64,000 nt of DNA from a virus. Lineage: Duplodnaviria; Caudoviricetes. The translations under genes and the position numbers were made by a program. Each line of letters begins with the position of its first letter. The stretch's first letter is position 1. Below are positions 8,890-19,595 of the stretch, piece after piece. The notes beneath the pieces were generated by a model that was not told where the DNA came from, searched no databases, and saw nothing but the letters and a program-made list of their open reading frames with translations. The stretch lies in IMG/VR virus record IMGVR_UViG_3300023179_000105, positions 1,862 through 65,861 of that record. One strand, written 5' to 3'.

Positions 8890-11800
8890 TTATTTTTGTA
8901 GAGCAATTGCCCTCAAATCACCAACTCTTGGAACAATCGCAGAGTTTACACCATCATTTAGGAGACCAACCTTGAGAGCAAAATATTTGTATGTGCTATA
9001 AGTTACACCAGCATCGGTGGTGTAAGAGATAACATTTGCTGCTCCACCGTATTCGCTGTTTAGTGCGACGGTTCGGCCGGTGGCATAAACTTGTGTATTA
9101 CCTACTACAATACCTGTTGAGTTTACCACGTTGGCGGTTTCACCAGCATAATATCCTGTATCGGACATTACATAGATGGTGGTGCTTTCGATGTTTTCAA
9201 CCAAGGCGGAGAAACCTGAGGTTAGACCATTTAAGGTCATACCGACATTAACGCCGCCTGTAACATATGTATTAGCAAGTGTTAGACGATCAACTGAACC
9301 TGTAGGAACAAGATATGTATATTCCTTAAAGTTGTTTCTGTCGTCAAGGGATGAATACTCATTATCACCATTACCATCTTTGTATAGTTCAACCCAGTGT
9401 TGCTGGGAGAATGGAGTACCATCTTCAGCATTTAGAATTTTAATCCAAACCTTAACATCTGTTCCTGGTGGACGATATGCGGAGAGAATAACTCGTAAAT
9501 CTTCCGCATCTTGGCCTTCAGCCAACGTAACGGTCTTTGAGATATATTTGTTAATCAAAGCACCGTGTGTTGGTAGTGTTTCATCCGTTGTATCATTATT
9601 GATGATGTTATCAAGGATGATTGTTTGTGTCTTGGTTAGATCAAGCAACGGAGAAACAGCATTTGATGATGTTTTCATACTAACCAAAATGGTCTGTGAA
9701 TTAGCACCAGCAAGTAGATTAATCTCGTTTGTTCTTGAGAGAACTGCTTGTTCTGTGTTAAAGTATTGCGTTGTTGATGGATCAACTTTGATATATGTTC
9801 CAACAGCACCAGTTGTTGATACTGGTCTTAACTGATAAGTCATATCGGTTAACTGGAAGTTTAGTGCGGATGGTTCAAAATGGAATGCTGAGTATCTCCA
9901 GTTAGAAATACCCCAGATGTTTTCGATATAACCATACTGGCTCCAGTCGGTTGAACATATAATAGCATCACCTACAACGAATCCACCACCTGAACCACTT
10001 AGATGGACAAGTGAGGTATCACCGTTCACATAGTAATCAAGTGTTCCTTGTGCGTTTGTAATGTCGCTAATGGTTGCTTGGCCTTTAAAGGTACCATTTG
10101 AGGAATAGATTTGTAGAATCTCTCCAACATAATAGTTTGTATTACCAGCAGCAATTACACCACTAACACCAGTTGATACGTTTACTACGGCACTATTCTG
10201 GAATGATGTAGCACCGAAAGCAAAGTCTGTGACCGCAACGGAAGCACCGCTGTTTAGAGCAGGTATTGATATATGGTCACCAGAGATAAAGATGTCACCA
10301 CGATTATTGGAGAAATCAATAGTGGCATTTCTTACATACAACTTTTCAATTGGTCTATTACCAAGTGTGGCGGTAGCCTGGTTTTTATTAAAGTCAGCAC
10401 GATAGAACTTACAAGTTAGATCGACACCTTCGATGATATCCCAGTTGGTGTTATTGTTTGTCTGGTAGAATGTACCAGTACCACGACGGTCATGTAGTGT
10501 ACCCAATCCGTTAACATCCATTTGGCCAAGTCTTGAACACCAAACATAAACGTCTGGGTTAGCATGAATTGGATGGATGATAAACGCATACTGTGTATTG
10601 TTATACAAGAATACAGGAATATCAAATTTAACATTACAAGGATTATCTTTGCCGTTCGGTGAAATAGGAACAGCCGCAGGATTATTAAAGAATACTTCTG
10701 AATATGGGACAGTATTTCTTGTGATTTGCTGTCCTGAATCCATTTCACGAATTTCGCACCAGAATCCTTCTCTACCAATACGTGATACGAAAATATCAAC
10801 CGATGTAAGGAAGATACCTTCTTCACCGTTTGGTGCGGAAGCCATGAATGAGTATGCGGTACATGAGTGAGACGCAGGTGCTGGTGGAGGTGGAGCAGCA
10901 ATATACTCGAACCCAGCGGAGTTATAATTCTGTGAAACGGCTTCTGTATGATAAGAAACAGTTTTTGTTGTAAGAATAGAACGCTGCTTTGTAATTGCCT
11001 GGCCAGATGCGGTAAATACTGCGGCACCACCAGTTGAAACGTCAACAGGAATATCAGCAGCGGTTACGGCACTACTCAAATCAATATAGTTTCTGCTATC
11101 AATAACAAGACAGTTGCGTTGACCTACTCTAAACTGACCTGATGTAATCTGCATTTGGAACTTGAGAACACCATTAGCATCGGTAACCAATTGACTACCA
11201 TAGGCAGACCAAGGGCCAAGTGAAGAAGGTAGTGCCACAATACCAGCAGCAGCATTTGTTGATGTACCTGTTCTGATATCATTTAATGTGTTTGAAGCAA
11301 GTCCATATTGGCCGTTCTGAATAATCCATGAGAACTGATTAGCAGTTAGTGGTCTTGCGTTATTCGCCATAGCAACACTATCAAAGTAAGGCCACATACG
11401 AGTATATGGTTTCATACCGGTACAATGGACGGCAATTGTCTGTGGACGAATATAGGAATAATTTTGAACGTCAACTACCTTATAATCGGTTTGAACCACG
11501 TCGGCACTATCTGCTTCCCAATACTGAGTACCGGTTCTTACTGTGTTATAAACGGTTTCGATTGTAACACCAGCACCACCAACTGGGTTGATAGATTGTG
11601 CGTAGTTTCTGGCCGCATCGTATGTTGAATATGTTACAGAGAACGGATTACCGTCAGATGTAACACTACCAGTATAAACCTTATACCCTACAACATGTGT
11701 TTCCCAGGCATTCCAGTTTGTGGTGTTAAGAACGTCAACAACACCACCAGTTGTATTTTGTCTAAATCTTCCGTTAGCCTGATAGATACCATAAGTGGCA

Positions 11801-14800
11801 TTACCTGTATTCAAGTTGTAGGCAGCAGTTGTACCATATGCTGTAATAGCCTCGTTTGATGACCCTTGTGTACCAAAATTAACAACATAAATTGACTGCT
11901 TGGTTAACATTTCATCAGGCATAATGGTTGTATCAACCCAAATGTCCTGTGATGGATATAGATTAACTGTACCAAGGAACAACCAAGACTGACGTTCTAC
12001 GTTAATGTCAAAAGTAGCATAAGATTGTGCGTGGTGTAGAACCTCTGTATAATCAACTGTGATAACTGGATTCTGATACTTAACGTTTGTACCAGATAGG
12101 AAGTTATAAACAATAGACTCCATCTTATAAACAGGACGAATTGACCTTTCTTTCGAATCATATACAATTCTGAATTCTGGATCGTAATCAGCAGCATTTG
12201 AGTTATCACGGAATGAATCTGTAAAGATACCATTCTTAAAGCGGTCATTACCTGCTTCGTTCTGTATAACTGTTCCTGTTGCGGCCTTTTCAAGTAATGA
12301 AAGAGATGTGTAATACTCTAAGTTCACAATACGTTGTTTAAGTGTTCCAATATCTCTCATGGTATAGCGATATGTTGCTATTGACTTGGCAGTAGAGGCA
12401 AGGTCTTGTCTACCAAGTTTAGTGGCATATGCGGCTGATAATGATGGATATGGAGAAATGGTCAACTGTGATAGTGCCATAACTCCAGGTGGAACTATTG
12501 GAGTTTGTGGGTTTGAACTTGGTTGACCTTTGATAACCTGGAATCGATTATCTTTATCAACGGCCACAATATCAATTCTACCAAGGTAGAAGTAATAATC
12601 GTATTCTACTCTCGATGATGGTACAGGGAATTTCATACCAGCAGCAGGATAGTTTAATGTTGATGACGCACTTGGATTAACCGATGCGGTTGCCGGATTT
12701 GTAGTATCACCGGAAGTATTTGTCTTAACTGGTCTAAAATCGAACTGATTTCTTAGATTATATGATTGACCTGTTATTGTTGACTTGAATAGAGGAATAT
12801 TTTCTGTTCTAATGTTATTAGCAGGATTAAATAGTGTATCATCATCTTCTACTGGATAAGAATCCACGGAGAAGAAACCGCCTCGGTTGGTAAAGTCTGG
12901 TTCAAAGTAATCCAACTCCACCAATAGTCTATCAGTTGATGCTAATAGAATTCTTGGTGTAATAGTACCATGATCGTAATGTGTATCTCTCTGACCGTTA
13001 TCCAAGATGAATGAGGTTGTAACATCTAATCCACCAGTATTGGATGTTGGATATGATCCACCTGTTCCTTTTCTGATAGATTTAATTTTATACACATCAG
13101 AGAAACCAAGGTCATAAGGACCAGCAACACCAGCAGTAGCACAGTTAATTTTAACATAACGTCCTGCTCTAAGTGTTTTCTTAATTTCTAAAGCAGTTGT
13201 TCTTTCAACTGGATACGTTACAGTAGCATAGAAAATGGTTGGGAATGTTTCTTTCAGATTGAACTGTAATGATGTTGATGTTGTAGAAATTGTTCTTTGA
13301 GCACCAGCAGCCGCGCCAAGTCCAAACATATTGATTTGGTCGCCTGCTTCGTAAACCTTGTAAAGAGTATTACCGGTATTAGATACTGGCAAAGTCTGGT
13401 CAACGGTAAGTTGTGTATCACTTGCGATAGAAACGACCTGATAAACAAATGTATTACCTGATAACTGAATTTTATCACCAGGATTCAATCTAAGGAAATG
13501 TGTACCAGTACCATTTAATGTATTACTTGATGTTGCTGTTGATGTAACACCACTAAGACCAACGGCCATGCTTGATGAACCGTTTGAGGTTTTATTAAAT
13601 GTAGCAAAAATACCACTTGTAGAATAACCCTGTAGAGTTGTTGTTCCATAAGGAAGTTGTTCGATACCAGAAGAGATTGAGAGATTGAATATGCCGTTTG
13701 TTGAAACCTGAACGGCCGATGAAACACCTTGTGTATCATTAAACTCAAATGTGGTGTGTGATACAAGAGGATTATTCGAATCTCTGATTGTATCTGTGTA
13801 ATTAGAACCTGTAAAATATAATAGAGTTGAGTTAGGAATTTGTTGTAAAACTGCTCTACTATTAATATCAAGAACAGTATCGGCACCTATTGCTGAGTTA
13901 TAACCGCCCGTAGCGGCCGCATAGAGACTTTTTACTTGTCCGAAAACATATGAACCTGTCATCTTGACATCGGCAAGATAGACATTATACTTAGCATCGT
14001 ATCCAGGTGTACCAGAAAGATATTGAACGGATAGAATTATAGCAGTACCAATTTGTGTACCTGTCTGAGCCGCAGTAGACCAACCTTTGTTGGTAATTCT
14101 TCTTTGTGCTGTATCATAGAGATTAACAACATTACCTTTATTGAGTTCCCAACCACCAACAAATTCGTTAACGGTCACAAATTGTCCCATATTAACAGTT
14201 GCGGACTGAGATGTGACGTTAGATGTGGTTAGACCTTTTTCAGTAGCAAGATCCATGGTTGCTGGCATACCAACTTCATATCCACCAACATATGCTTTAC
14301 CTGGTGAAACACCAACGTAAAGTAGTTTATTATTACCAGTTGGATATCTACCGTAGTTTGAACCTGTATTATCGTGTTCTTTAAGTTGGACATCAAGGCC
14401 ATTAACAACATAGTTGCCAGAATTGTCGAATGTGCGCCGGGCCATGGCATCATTAATGTATGAATACTGTGTATTGGCGTTATATGACTTAACAATACCG
14501 TTTTCAATAGTAAATAATGATACGAAATCTTGAACACTTGGTGTTGCGTCAATTGGCACCACATCAAGTGTCGGATTCAACATAAGACGGTCAGCACCAG
14601 GTGCGGAATAATTTGAGGCCTCTAATGCTGGATCAAGTAGTGTGGAATCCTGTGAAGCATTTACAATATCTTCTGTGATATAGAAACCAACTCTTGCTGT
14701 TGGATTCGCATCATAACGGCTAATAATAACTGCCTGGTCTGGAAATGCCACGAAATGGTTCTTAGCGAATAGAACGCCTGAAGAAATACTGAAGCGAGAA

Positions 14801-15399
14801 CCCTTACCAGTTGCGTTTGCTGTGTTAGCAACAACCAGAGTATAAACGGTATTATTAACATTTGCTCTTAGTGTTTCACCACCTTGGAATGCTTTGATGG
14901 AAGCATTAGCACTTGATGATGATGTATAAGCAATATAAAGTGTTTTAGTATTTGATGTTGACTGAACACCGTCCAAAACCTGAATAACTTTAGCAGTAAT
15001 ATTTGAGGTGAGACCTACAACTTCCAATCTGGTATTGCCATTAGCCTTACCTTGATTGATGAATGTATTCCATTGGTCCATGCTAACTGAGTTATTAGAA
15101 GCATCAAAGTCATTAACTTTAACGTAAGATATACCACGACCTGCTGGACGACCTTCGTTTGTTTCTAAGGTAAACTGACCTGGAATAACGATTGTACCAT
15201 CTTTAAAAATGTTTCTACCAAAACGAGCAATCTGTTCCTGTAATGCTGTCTGTATCTGTGTAAGTTCACGGGCCTGGACTGCATAACCTGGTTTAAAGAG
15301 GATTCGATAATAACCTGCTGATGGATCGTAATCATCATAATAAGGTGTAACGTTGAAATTTGTGGTTAATGATGTTGAATTGGAAGTATTGGCATCCAT
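8890..15399 (-). CDS. Large virion structural protein (DUF4815/VrlC-like)
   Basis: N-term NFNVTPYYDDYD...YYRILFKPGYAVQARELTQIQ; RYTMRDIG.L..RI.NLEYYTSLSLLE; C-term PRVGDLRAIAL. Confidence 0.85.
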   Translation of the reverse strand: MDANTSNSTSLTTNFNVTPYYDDYDPSAGYYRILFKPGYAVQARELTQIQTALQEQIARFGRNIFKDGTIVIPGQFTLETNEGRPAGRGISYVKVNDFDASNNSVSMDQWNTFINQGKANGNTRLEVVGLTSNITAKVIQVLDGVQSTSNTKTLYIAYTSSSSANASIKAFQGGETLRANVNNTVYTLVVANTANATGKGSRFSISSGVLFAKNHFVAFPDQAVIISRYDANPTARVGFYITEDIVNASQDSTLLDPALEASNYSAPGADRLMLNPTLDVVPIDATPSVQDFVSLFTIENGIVKSYNANTQYSYINDAMARRTFDNSGNYVVNGLDVQLKEHDNTGSNYGRYPTGNNKLLYVGVSPGKAYVGGYEVGMPATMDLATEKGLTTSNVTSQSATVNMGQFVTVNEFVGGWELNKGNVVNLYDTAQRRITNKGWSTAAQTGTQIGTAIILSVQYLSGTPGYDAKYNVYLADVKMTGSYVFGQVKSLYAAATGGYNSAIGADTVLDINSRAVLQQIPNSTLLYFTGSNYTDTIRDSNNPLVSHTTFEFNDTQGVSSAVQVSTNGIFNLSISSGIEQLPYGTTTLQGYSTSGIFATFNKTSNGSSSMAVGLSGVTSTATSSNTLNGTGTHFLRLNPGDKIQLSGNTFVYQVVSIASDTQLTVDQTLPVSNTGNTLYKVYEAGDQINMFGLGAAAGAQRTISTTSTSLQFNLKETFPTIFYATVTYPVERTTALEIKKTLRAGRYVKINCATAGVAGPYDLGFSDVYKIKSIRKGTGGSYPTSNTGGLDVTTSFILDNGQRDTHYDHGTITPRILLASTDRLLVELDYFEPDFTNRGGFFSVDSYPVEDDDTLFNPANNIRTENIPLFKSTITGQSYNLRNQFDFRPVKTNTSGDTTNPATASVNPSASSTLNYPAAGMKFPVPSSRVEYDYYFYLGRIDIVAVDKDNRFQVIKGQPSSNPQTPIVPPGVMALSQLTISPYPSLSAAYATKLGRQDLASTAKSIATYRYTMRDIGTLKQRIVNLEYYTSLSLLEKAATGTVIQNEAGNDRFKNGIFTDSFRDNSNAADYDPEFRIVYDSKERSIRPVYKMESIVYNFLSGTNVKYQNPVITVDYTEVLHHAQSYATFDINVERQSWLFLGTVNLYPSQDIWVDTTIMPDEMLTKQSIYVVNFGTQGSSNEAITAYGTTAAYNLNTGNATYGIYQANGRFRQNTTGGVVDVLNTTNWNAWETHVVGYKVYTGSVTSDGNPFSVTYSTYDAARNYAQSINPVGGAGVTIETVYNTVRTGTQYWEADSADVVQTDYKVVDVQNYSYIRPQTIAVHCTGMKPYTRMWPYFDSVAMANNARPLTANQFSWIIQNGQYGLASNTLNDIRTGTSTNAAAGIVALPSSLGPWSAYGSQLVTDANGVLKFQMQITSGQFRVGQRNCLVIDSRNYIDLSSAVTAADIPVDVSTGGAAVFTASGQAITKQRSILTTKTVSYHTEAVSQNYNSAGFEYIAAPPPPAPASHSCTAYSFMASAPNGEEGIFLTSVDIFVSRIGREGFWCEIREMDSGQQITRNTVPYSEVFFNNPAAVPISPNGKDNPCNVKFDIPVFLYNNTQYAFIIHPIHANPDVYVWCSRLGQMDVNGLGTLHDRRGTGTFYQTNNNTNWDIIEGVDLTCKFYRADFNKNQATATLGNRPIEKLYVRNATIDFSNNRGDIFISGDHISIPALNSGASVAVTDFAFGATSFQNSAVVNVSTGVSGVIAAGNTNYYVGEILQIYSSNGTFKGQATISDITNAQGTLDYYVNGDTSLVHLSGSGGGFVVGDAIICSTDWSQYGYIENIWGISNWRYSAFHFEPSALNFQLTDMTYQLRPVSTTGAVGTYIKVDPSTTQYFNTEQAVLSRTNEINLLAGANSQTILVSMKTSSNAVSPLLDLTKTQTIILDNIINNDTTDETLPTHGALINKYISKTVTLAEGQDAEDLRVILSAYRPPGTDVKVWIKILNAEDGTPFSQQHWVELYKDGNGDNEYSSLDDRNNFKEYTYLVPTGSVDRLTLANTYVTGGVNVGMTLNGLTSGFSALVENIESTTIYVMSDTGYYAGETANVVNSTGIVVGNTQVYATGRTVALNSEYGGAANVISYTTDAGVTYSTYKYFALKVGLLNDGVNSAIVPRVGDLRAIALQK

Positions 15400-15415
15400 T
15401 TTCTATTCTTTCCTC

Positions 15416-16738
15416 TTAAAAACTTAGAACAATTTTGAAATCTTCAGACTGGTCTTCAGCTCGTTCGATGGCAACGATGTTGTCCTTATATAGGATATAT
15501 CCAGAATAAGGTTCTAAATCTGGATCTGTAATAGAACTGACATATCTGGATGTTGTTGAAGTATTACCTATAATCAACTGTGCGGTAGGCGTGCCTTCGA
15601 CATTTGTTATTTTCAATAGTGAGTTTGCGGAATCCCACTCCGTCACAATACCTTTGTAAGTAGCATTTGCTAAATCACTACCTTGATATACAGTTTCATC
15701 TAATGTATAGTTTGTTGCTGTTGAACCTGAACCTAATGATAATGTGGTGACTTGAGAGAAAACAAGATTAGAAATGGCATTAGTTGTACCATAAACTAAT
15801 GGATTCTCAAGAATAGAAATGTTTCTAAAATCATTAACTACAGATAATTTACCATCTTCTGTGCCATCTAATTTTGTATTAATCATCAAGTAGGAACCAC
15901 CTAGCTCATGTAGGGCATCGGAACCGTGCCCTCCTGGAGGATCGATGATAACTCTGGCAGTAGCACCCGTGCCATGTGATGATTTGAATGATACGTTCGC
16001 ATAAGTATAACCAGAACCCTTATTGTCAATAATAATTGATTGTATTTTACTTGTTGTTACATTTCTTACAGCATAAGCATTAGCAAATCGCCCATCACCA
16101 GTAATTGTCAGACTTATGTTATTAGATGTATATCCGGTACCATTGGCAGTAACTAATATACTATTGATAGCACCAAAAATGGCATCCTGTTGAACCTGCC
16201 ACTGTAAAGAGTTGTCATCAGCAATCAAAGTTTTAACTGGTATAAAATCTTTGGTGGTAAATCTTAATTGCTCCTCACCAGTCAAGGTATACATATATTT
16301 CCAAGTATATTGGTCGGCAGTTTGGAATACTGATGCTGGATTGGTCGCAGTTGGCTTATATGTTGAAGGTTTACCATAATTGTTAGCAATACACTTATAA
16401 ACATTAAACTCATCTGTAATAACATACATAGGTGTATTTGCGGATTTAAGTGTTAGTGAATCTGTTAAATCATTATAAGCATAATATACTGTATTGGCGG
16501 TCCAGTCATTACGATGTATAACATGGCGTATATCACTACCATTAATTTTTTTACCACCAATCATATTTTTCCACATACCATAAAAATCACTTTCGTTGAG
16601 AGTTGATTGTGGTGGTGAATTTTCGTTAGTCCAAGGGTAAGTTCTACCAAATGTAAGATAAACGTTAGCATCAGCAACAGAATTTTTAAACTGCTTTGCT
16701 ATATAAACTTCAAGGTCTTTTGAGTATATTGAGGCCAT
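15416..16738 (-). CDS. gp8: Baseplate wedge subunit
   Basis: YVITDEFNVYKCIANN, D.Y.WKYMY, PPGGHGSDA..ELG, C-term EDFKIVLSF; synteny. Confidence 0.85.
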   Translation of the reverse strand: MASIYSKDLEVYIAKQFKNSVADANVYLTFGRTYPWTNENSPPQSTLNESDFYGMWKNMIGGKKINGSDIRHVIHRNDWTANTVYYAYNDLTDSLTLKSANTPMYVITDEFNVYKCIANNYGKPSTYKPTATNPASVFQTADQYTWKYMYTLTGEEQLRFTTKDFIPVKTLIADDNSLQWQVQQDAIFGAINSILVTANGTGYTSNNISLTITGDGRFANAYAVRNVTTSKIQSIIIDNKGSGYTYANVSFKSSHGTGATARVIIDPPGGHGSDALHELGGSYLMINTKLDGTEDGKLSVVNDFRNISILENPLVYGTTNAISNLVFSQVTTLSLGSGSTATNYTLDETVYQGSDLANATYKGIVTEWDSANSLLKITNVEGTPTAQLIIGNTSTTSRYVSSITDPDLEPYSGYILYKDNIVAIERAEDQSEDFKIVLSF

Positions 16739-16760
16739 AATTTCTCTCTTAGTTATCTTC

Positions 16761-16768
16761 TATTTATA
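16761..16768 (-). promoter_or_regulatory. T4-type late promoter TATAAATA
   Basis: Exact motif overlapping the gp7 stop, 22 bp upstream of gp8. Confidence 0.75.
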
Positions 16769-19595
16769 TGCCAAATCTGCCGCGGTAACGGTTGAAACTT
16801 GTTATAATCTCGTTATTTGTCAAGGCTCTATTATAGACTTGAACGATAGCAATTCTTCCGTTCATGGTATTCGCCGAATCGCTTCTTGAACCTATGTATA
16901 GTGAATTTGCTGTGTCTGTGGCAGAGTTTGATATTCCTGGTGTTATACTGACAAAAGCACCATTTAGATAACCTCTAACATGGCTACCGTCATAGGTAAA
17001 TGCCGCACAGTGCCAGGTATTAGCATTAACTGTATTGGAATAAGATAGTATATTGTTTGTCGTTATAGGCCAGACAATTACCTCTAAATGATTGTTTTGT
17101 GAGAAGAATTCGAATCCTCTGGTCTTTGTAGAATTGGATTTAGAAACAATAGTCTTATACTGAGAATTGGCCTTATCTTGATAGAACCAGGAAATTACAG
17201 TTAGAGCATTAGATACATTCAAAGAACTTCTATGCGGCATAATGATTGTATCATTAGCACCATCAAACTGGAATCCACCACCAGTATAGTAAACGGTATT
17301 TGATATATTAGCATATTGTTGAGTATTAGCATCATTATACCATACATTACCACTATTATAAACTTGATGTTGTGCCGCATCAAATGAAACAATAAGACTG
17401 CCTGTATTAACACCTGTCTGTATTGATGTGTTAATAACATTAACGGTATTCATTAATGTGCTATTATTATCCTCATAAAGATACTCACCAAACAGTTTTA
17501 GGCCAGCTGGGTGAATTAAGTCTTTTAGTGCCTGCCTATACTTATTCAAGGATTCATCAATCTTAACAACGTAAGAATATTTCTGATAATAATCTCTATC
17601 TTCAAGGAATATATAAGAACTTAACTGACCGTCTTGATTTAGATATCTTCCTTGATAGGTGTAAATACCTGTTACGATATTGGCGTAAGCCTGTGCTGTA
17701 CCGTCACCTTGACTGGTTAGGTTTAATGTAGGAGGAATATCGTATCCAAAACCACCAGAAACAATTTTTAATTCTTGAATAGACCCAATAGCATTAGATT
17801 TTGCTTCTAATTGAGCACCATCACCTATAATAGCAACTACCTTAACGTTAGCATTTGTTCCGTTTGCGGAAATGATACTAACATCTGGTAATAAGTCTTG
17901 AGTATATCCAGAACCGCCTGGAAGATGGCCTGGTATAGCAAACCAACTCACTTGCTGAATTGAACCATTAGTGTCAACAAGTGAGACCTGAGCATTTGCT
18001 CCAATACCGTAAGAACCTGGTTTATTTGTGAATTGTATGATATCACCGTTAGCATATCCAGTGCCGCCGCCATATATTTCCATTCTACCGAGAATACCTA
18101 ATGAACGTATTTGAGTATTAGACACGACAGAAACGGATGGTAATTCTACATATCCAGAACCGGGATTTATAATAGCAGTAGCAATAATTGGTCCACAATC
18201 ACCGTAAGTCCAATAGTTAAACGCACTTGAGAGAACAGTATTGACGTTTGGCTTTTTATGAACGTCAAAAGAAACATTTGCTAAACTACCGGCAAGTCCT
18301 GGTGATACGTTTAGTTCCCAATAATACCTATTACTTTCTATGATAGTATGATAGGTATTTGGACCTCTTACATAAAGAACGTCTCCTGTTTCAAAATACA
18401 CATTAGAATTTTGTTGTGCGAAACTCAGAGTTGCGATATTTATAGTTGTACCAGGTCCGGTGCTAAGGTCGAGATTTGCTGTTGTGATGGAAAGTGTTGC
18501 GAGATTAGTGTAAGCAAAACCTTCATTAGTATCGAGTGTATTTGCGATAATGTTGTTCGCCACAATTTCTATGGTATTCGCAACGATGCTATAACTGGAT
18601 GGATGATAAGTTTCGGATACGTCAACGATATTGACATTAGCAGCCGCATCTATACCACCACCGCCTGTGAATAGAAGAGGTGTATTTGCTTGATATCCAG
18701 CACCAGGTAAAACAACGGTAATTGCTTTGATTTTACCTTCCAACTTGGCCTTAGCAACCTTACTAATAATAATCTGTGCGCCTTGACCGTTAGCAGCATC
18801 AACAGGAACAGAAGCACCTTGGACATAACCGGAACCAGGATTTGTTACTGTTGTTTTAACAATAATACCAGAATAAAGATTTGCTGCTAATTCCTTGAAT
18901 TCACCTTCATCTTCTATTGTTGTGAATAGTTTTTCACCATTACTAAAATCTTGTTCAACACCAGAAACTTTTAGTTCCGTAACCAATACACCGGCATCAT
19001 AATATGGATTAACTGCTTCCACTTTAGCAGTAGAATTGGATGTATTACCTCTAATTGTAGTATTAACGAAACGAGAAAAGGCATCAGTATTGGCAACACC
19101 GTCAACGGTAATGTCTTTAACGTTTAGAGATTTTTCAACGAACCATTTACCGTCGGATGCTTTTAATATGTTTGTCTGTGGATAATAAATGTCGGCACTT
19201 TTATTAAAAAGAATACGAGCAATAAATCTAACAGACTTTTCAGAACCAGTTGACCTATAGAAATCTTTTGAGTGTTTAAGAATAAGGTCAAGGTCGGCCA
19301 AAGATGTTGATGGAATATATTTGATAAAGTTATCATAAAACTTTTGCTGTAAAATATGATAACTATTGGCGCTGTCTGTATGGCCTTCCGATTCATCTTC
19401 ACGGACATCGGCATTAATAACATCGATGTCGTAGAAATCATCAAAGTTTTTGGTTGTGTATAATAATTGACCGTCTTGCTCTAAGAATTTATAATAATTC
19501 TCAACAAACTCGACAAAAAGGGGGTGATCCCTTCTGACGAATTCGGGTAGTTGAGAGGCAACTAAGAATGATGTTTTATTATTTGCTGAATCCAT
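16764..19595 (-). CDS. gp7: Baseplate wedge initiator with C-terminal LamG/ConA-like domain
   Basis: QLPEFVR.DHPLFV.F...YY; FY.S.GSEKS; YYQKYSYV; HPAGLKLFG; C-term FDG.ND...W...AFTYDG...YLNG...VYNRALT. Confidence 0.8.
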   Translation of the reverse strand: MDSANNKTSFLVASQLPEFVRRDHPLFVEFVENYYKFLEQDGQLLYTTKNFDDFYDIDVINADVREDESEGHTDSANSYHILQQKFYDNFIKYIPSTSLADLDLILKHSKDFYRSTGSEKSVRFIARILFNKSADIYYPQTNILKASDGKWFVEKSLNVKDITVDGVANTDAFSRFVNTTIRGNTSNSTAKVEAVNPYYDAGVLVTELKVSGVEQDFSNGEKLFTTIEDEGEFKELAANLYSGIIVKTTVTNPGSGYVQGASVPVDAANGQGAQIIISKVAKAKLEGKIKAITVVLPGAGYQANTPLLFTGGGGIDAAANVNIVDVSETYHPSSYSIVANTIEIVANNIIANTLDTNEGFAYTNLATLSITTANLDLSTGPGTTINIATLSFAQQNSNVYFETGDVLYVRGPNTYHTIIESNRYYWELNVSPGLAGSLANVSFDVHKKPNVNTVLSSAFNYWTYGDCGPIIATAIINPGSGYVELPSVSVVSNTQIRSLGILGRMEIYGGGTGYANGDIIQFTNKPGSYGIGANAQVSLVDTNGSIQQVSWFAIPGHLPGGSGYTQDLLPDVSIISANGTNANVKVVAIIGDGAQLEAKSNAIGSIQELKIVSGGFGYDIPPTLNLTSQGDGTAQAYANIVTGIYTYQGRYLNQDGQLSSYIFLEDRDYYQKYSYVVKIDESLNKYRQALKDLIHPAGLKLFGEYLYEDNNSTLMNTVNVINTSIQTGVNTGSLIVSFDAAQHQVYNSGNVWYNDANTQQYANISNTVYYTGGGFQFDGANDTIIMPHRSSLNVSNALTVISWFYQDKANSQYKTIVSKSNSTKTRGFEFFSQNNHLEVIVWPITTNNILSYSNTVNANTWHCAAFTYDGSHVRGYLNGAFVSITPGISNSATDTANSLYIGSRSDSANTMNGRIAIVQVYNRALTNNEIITSFNRYRGRFGI

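Noticed and set aside
9036-14861. Long antisense and alternate-frame ORFs (e.g. 9176..9835 +, 10416..11045 -)
   Set aside because: Shadows of the codon-biased 2169-aa gene; no RBS or recognisable motifs. The same applies to most nested ORFs in the track.
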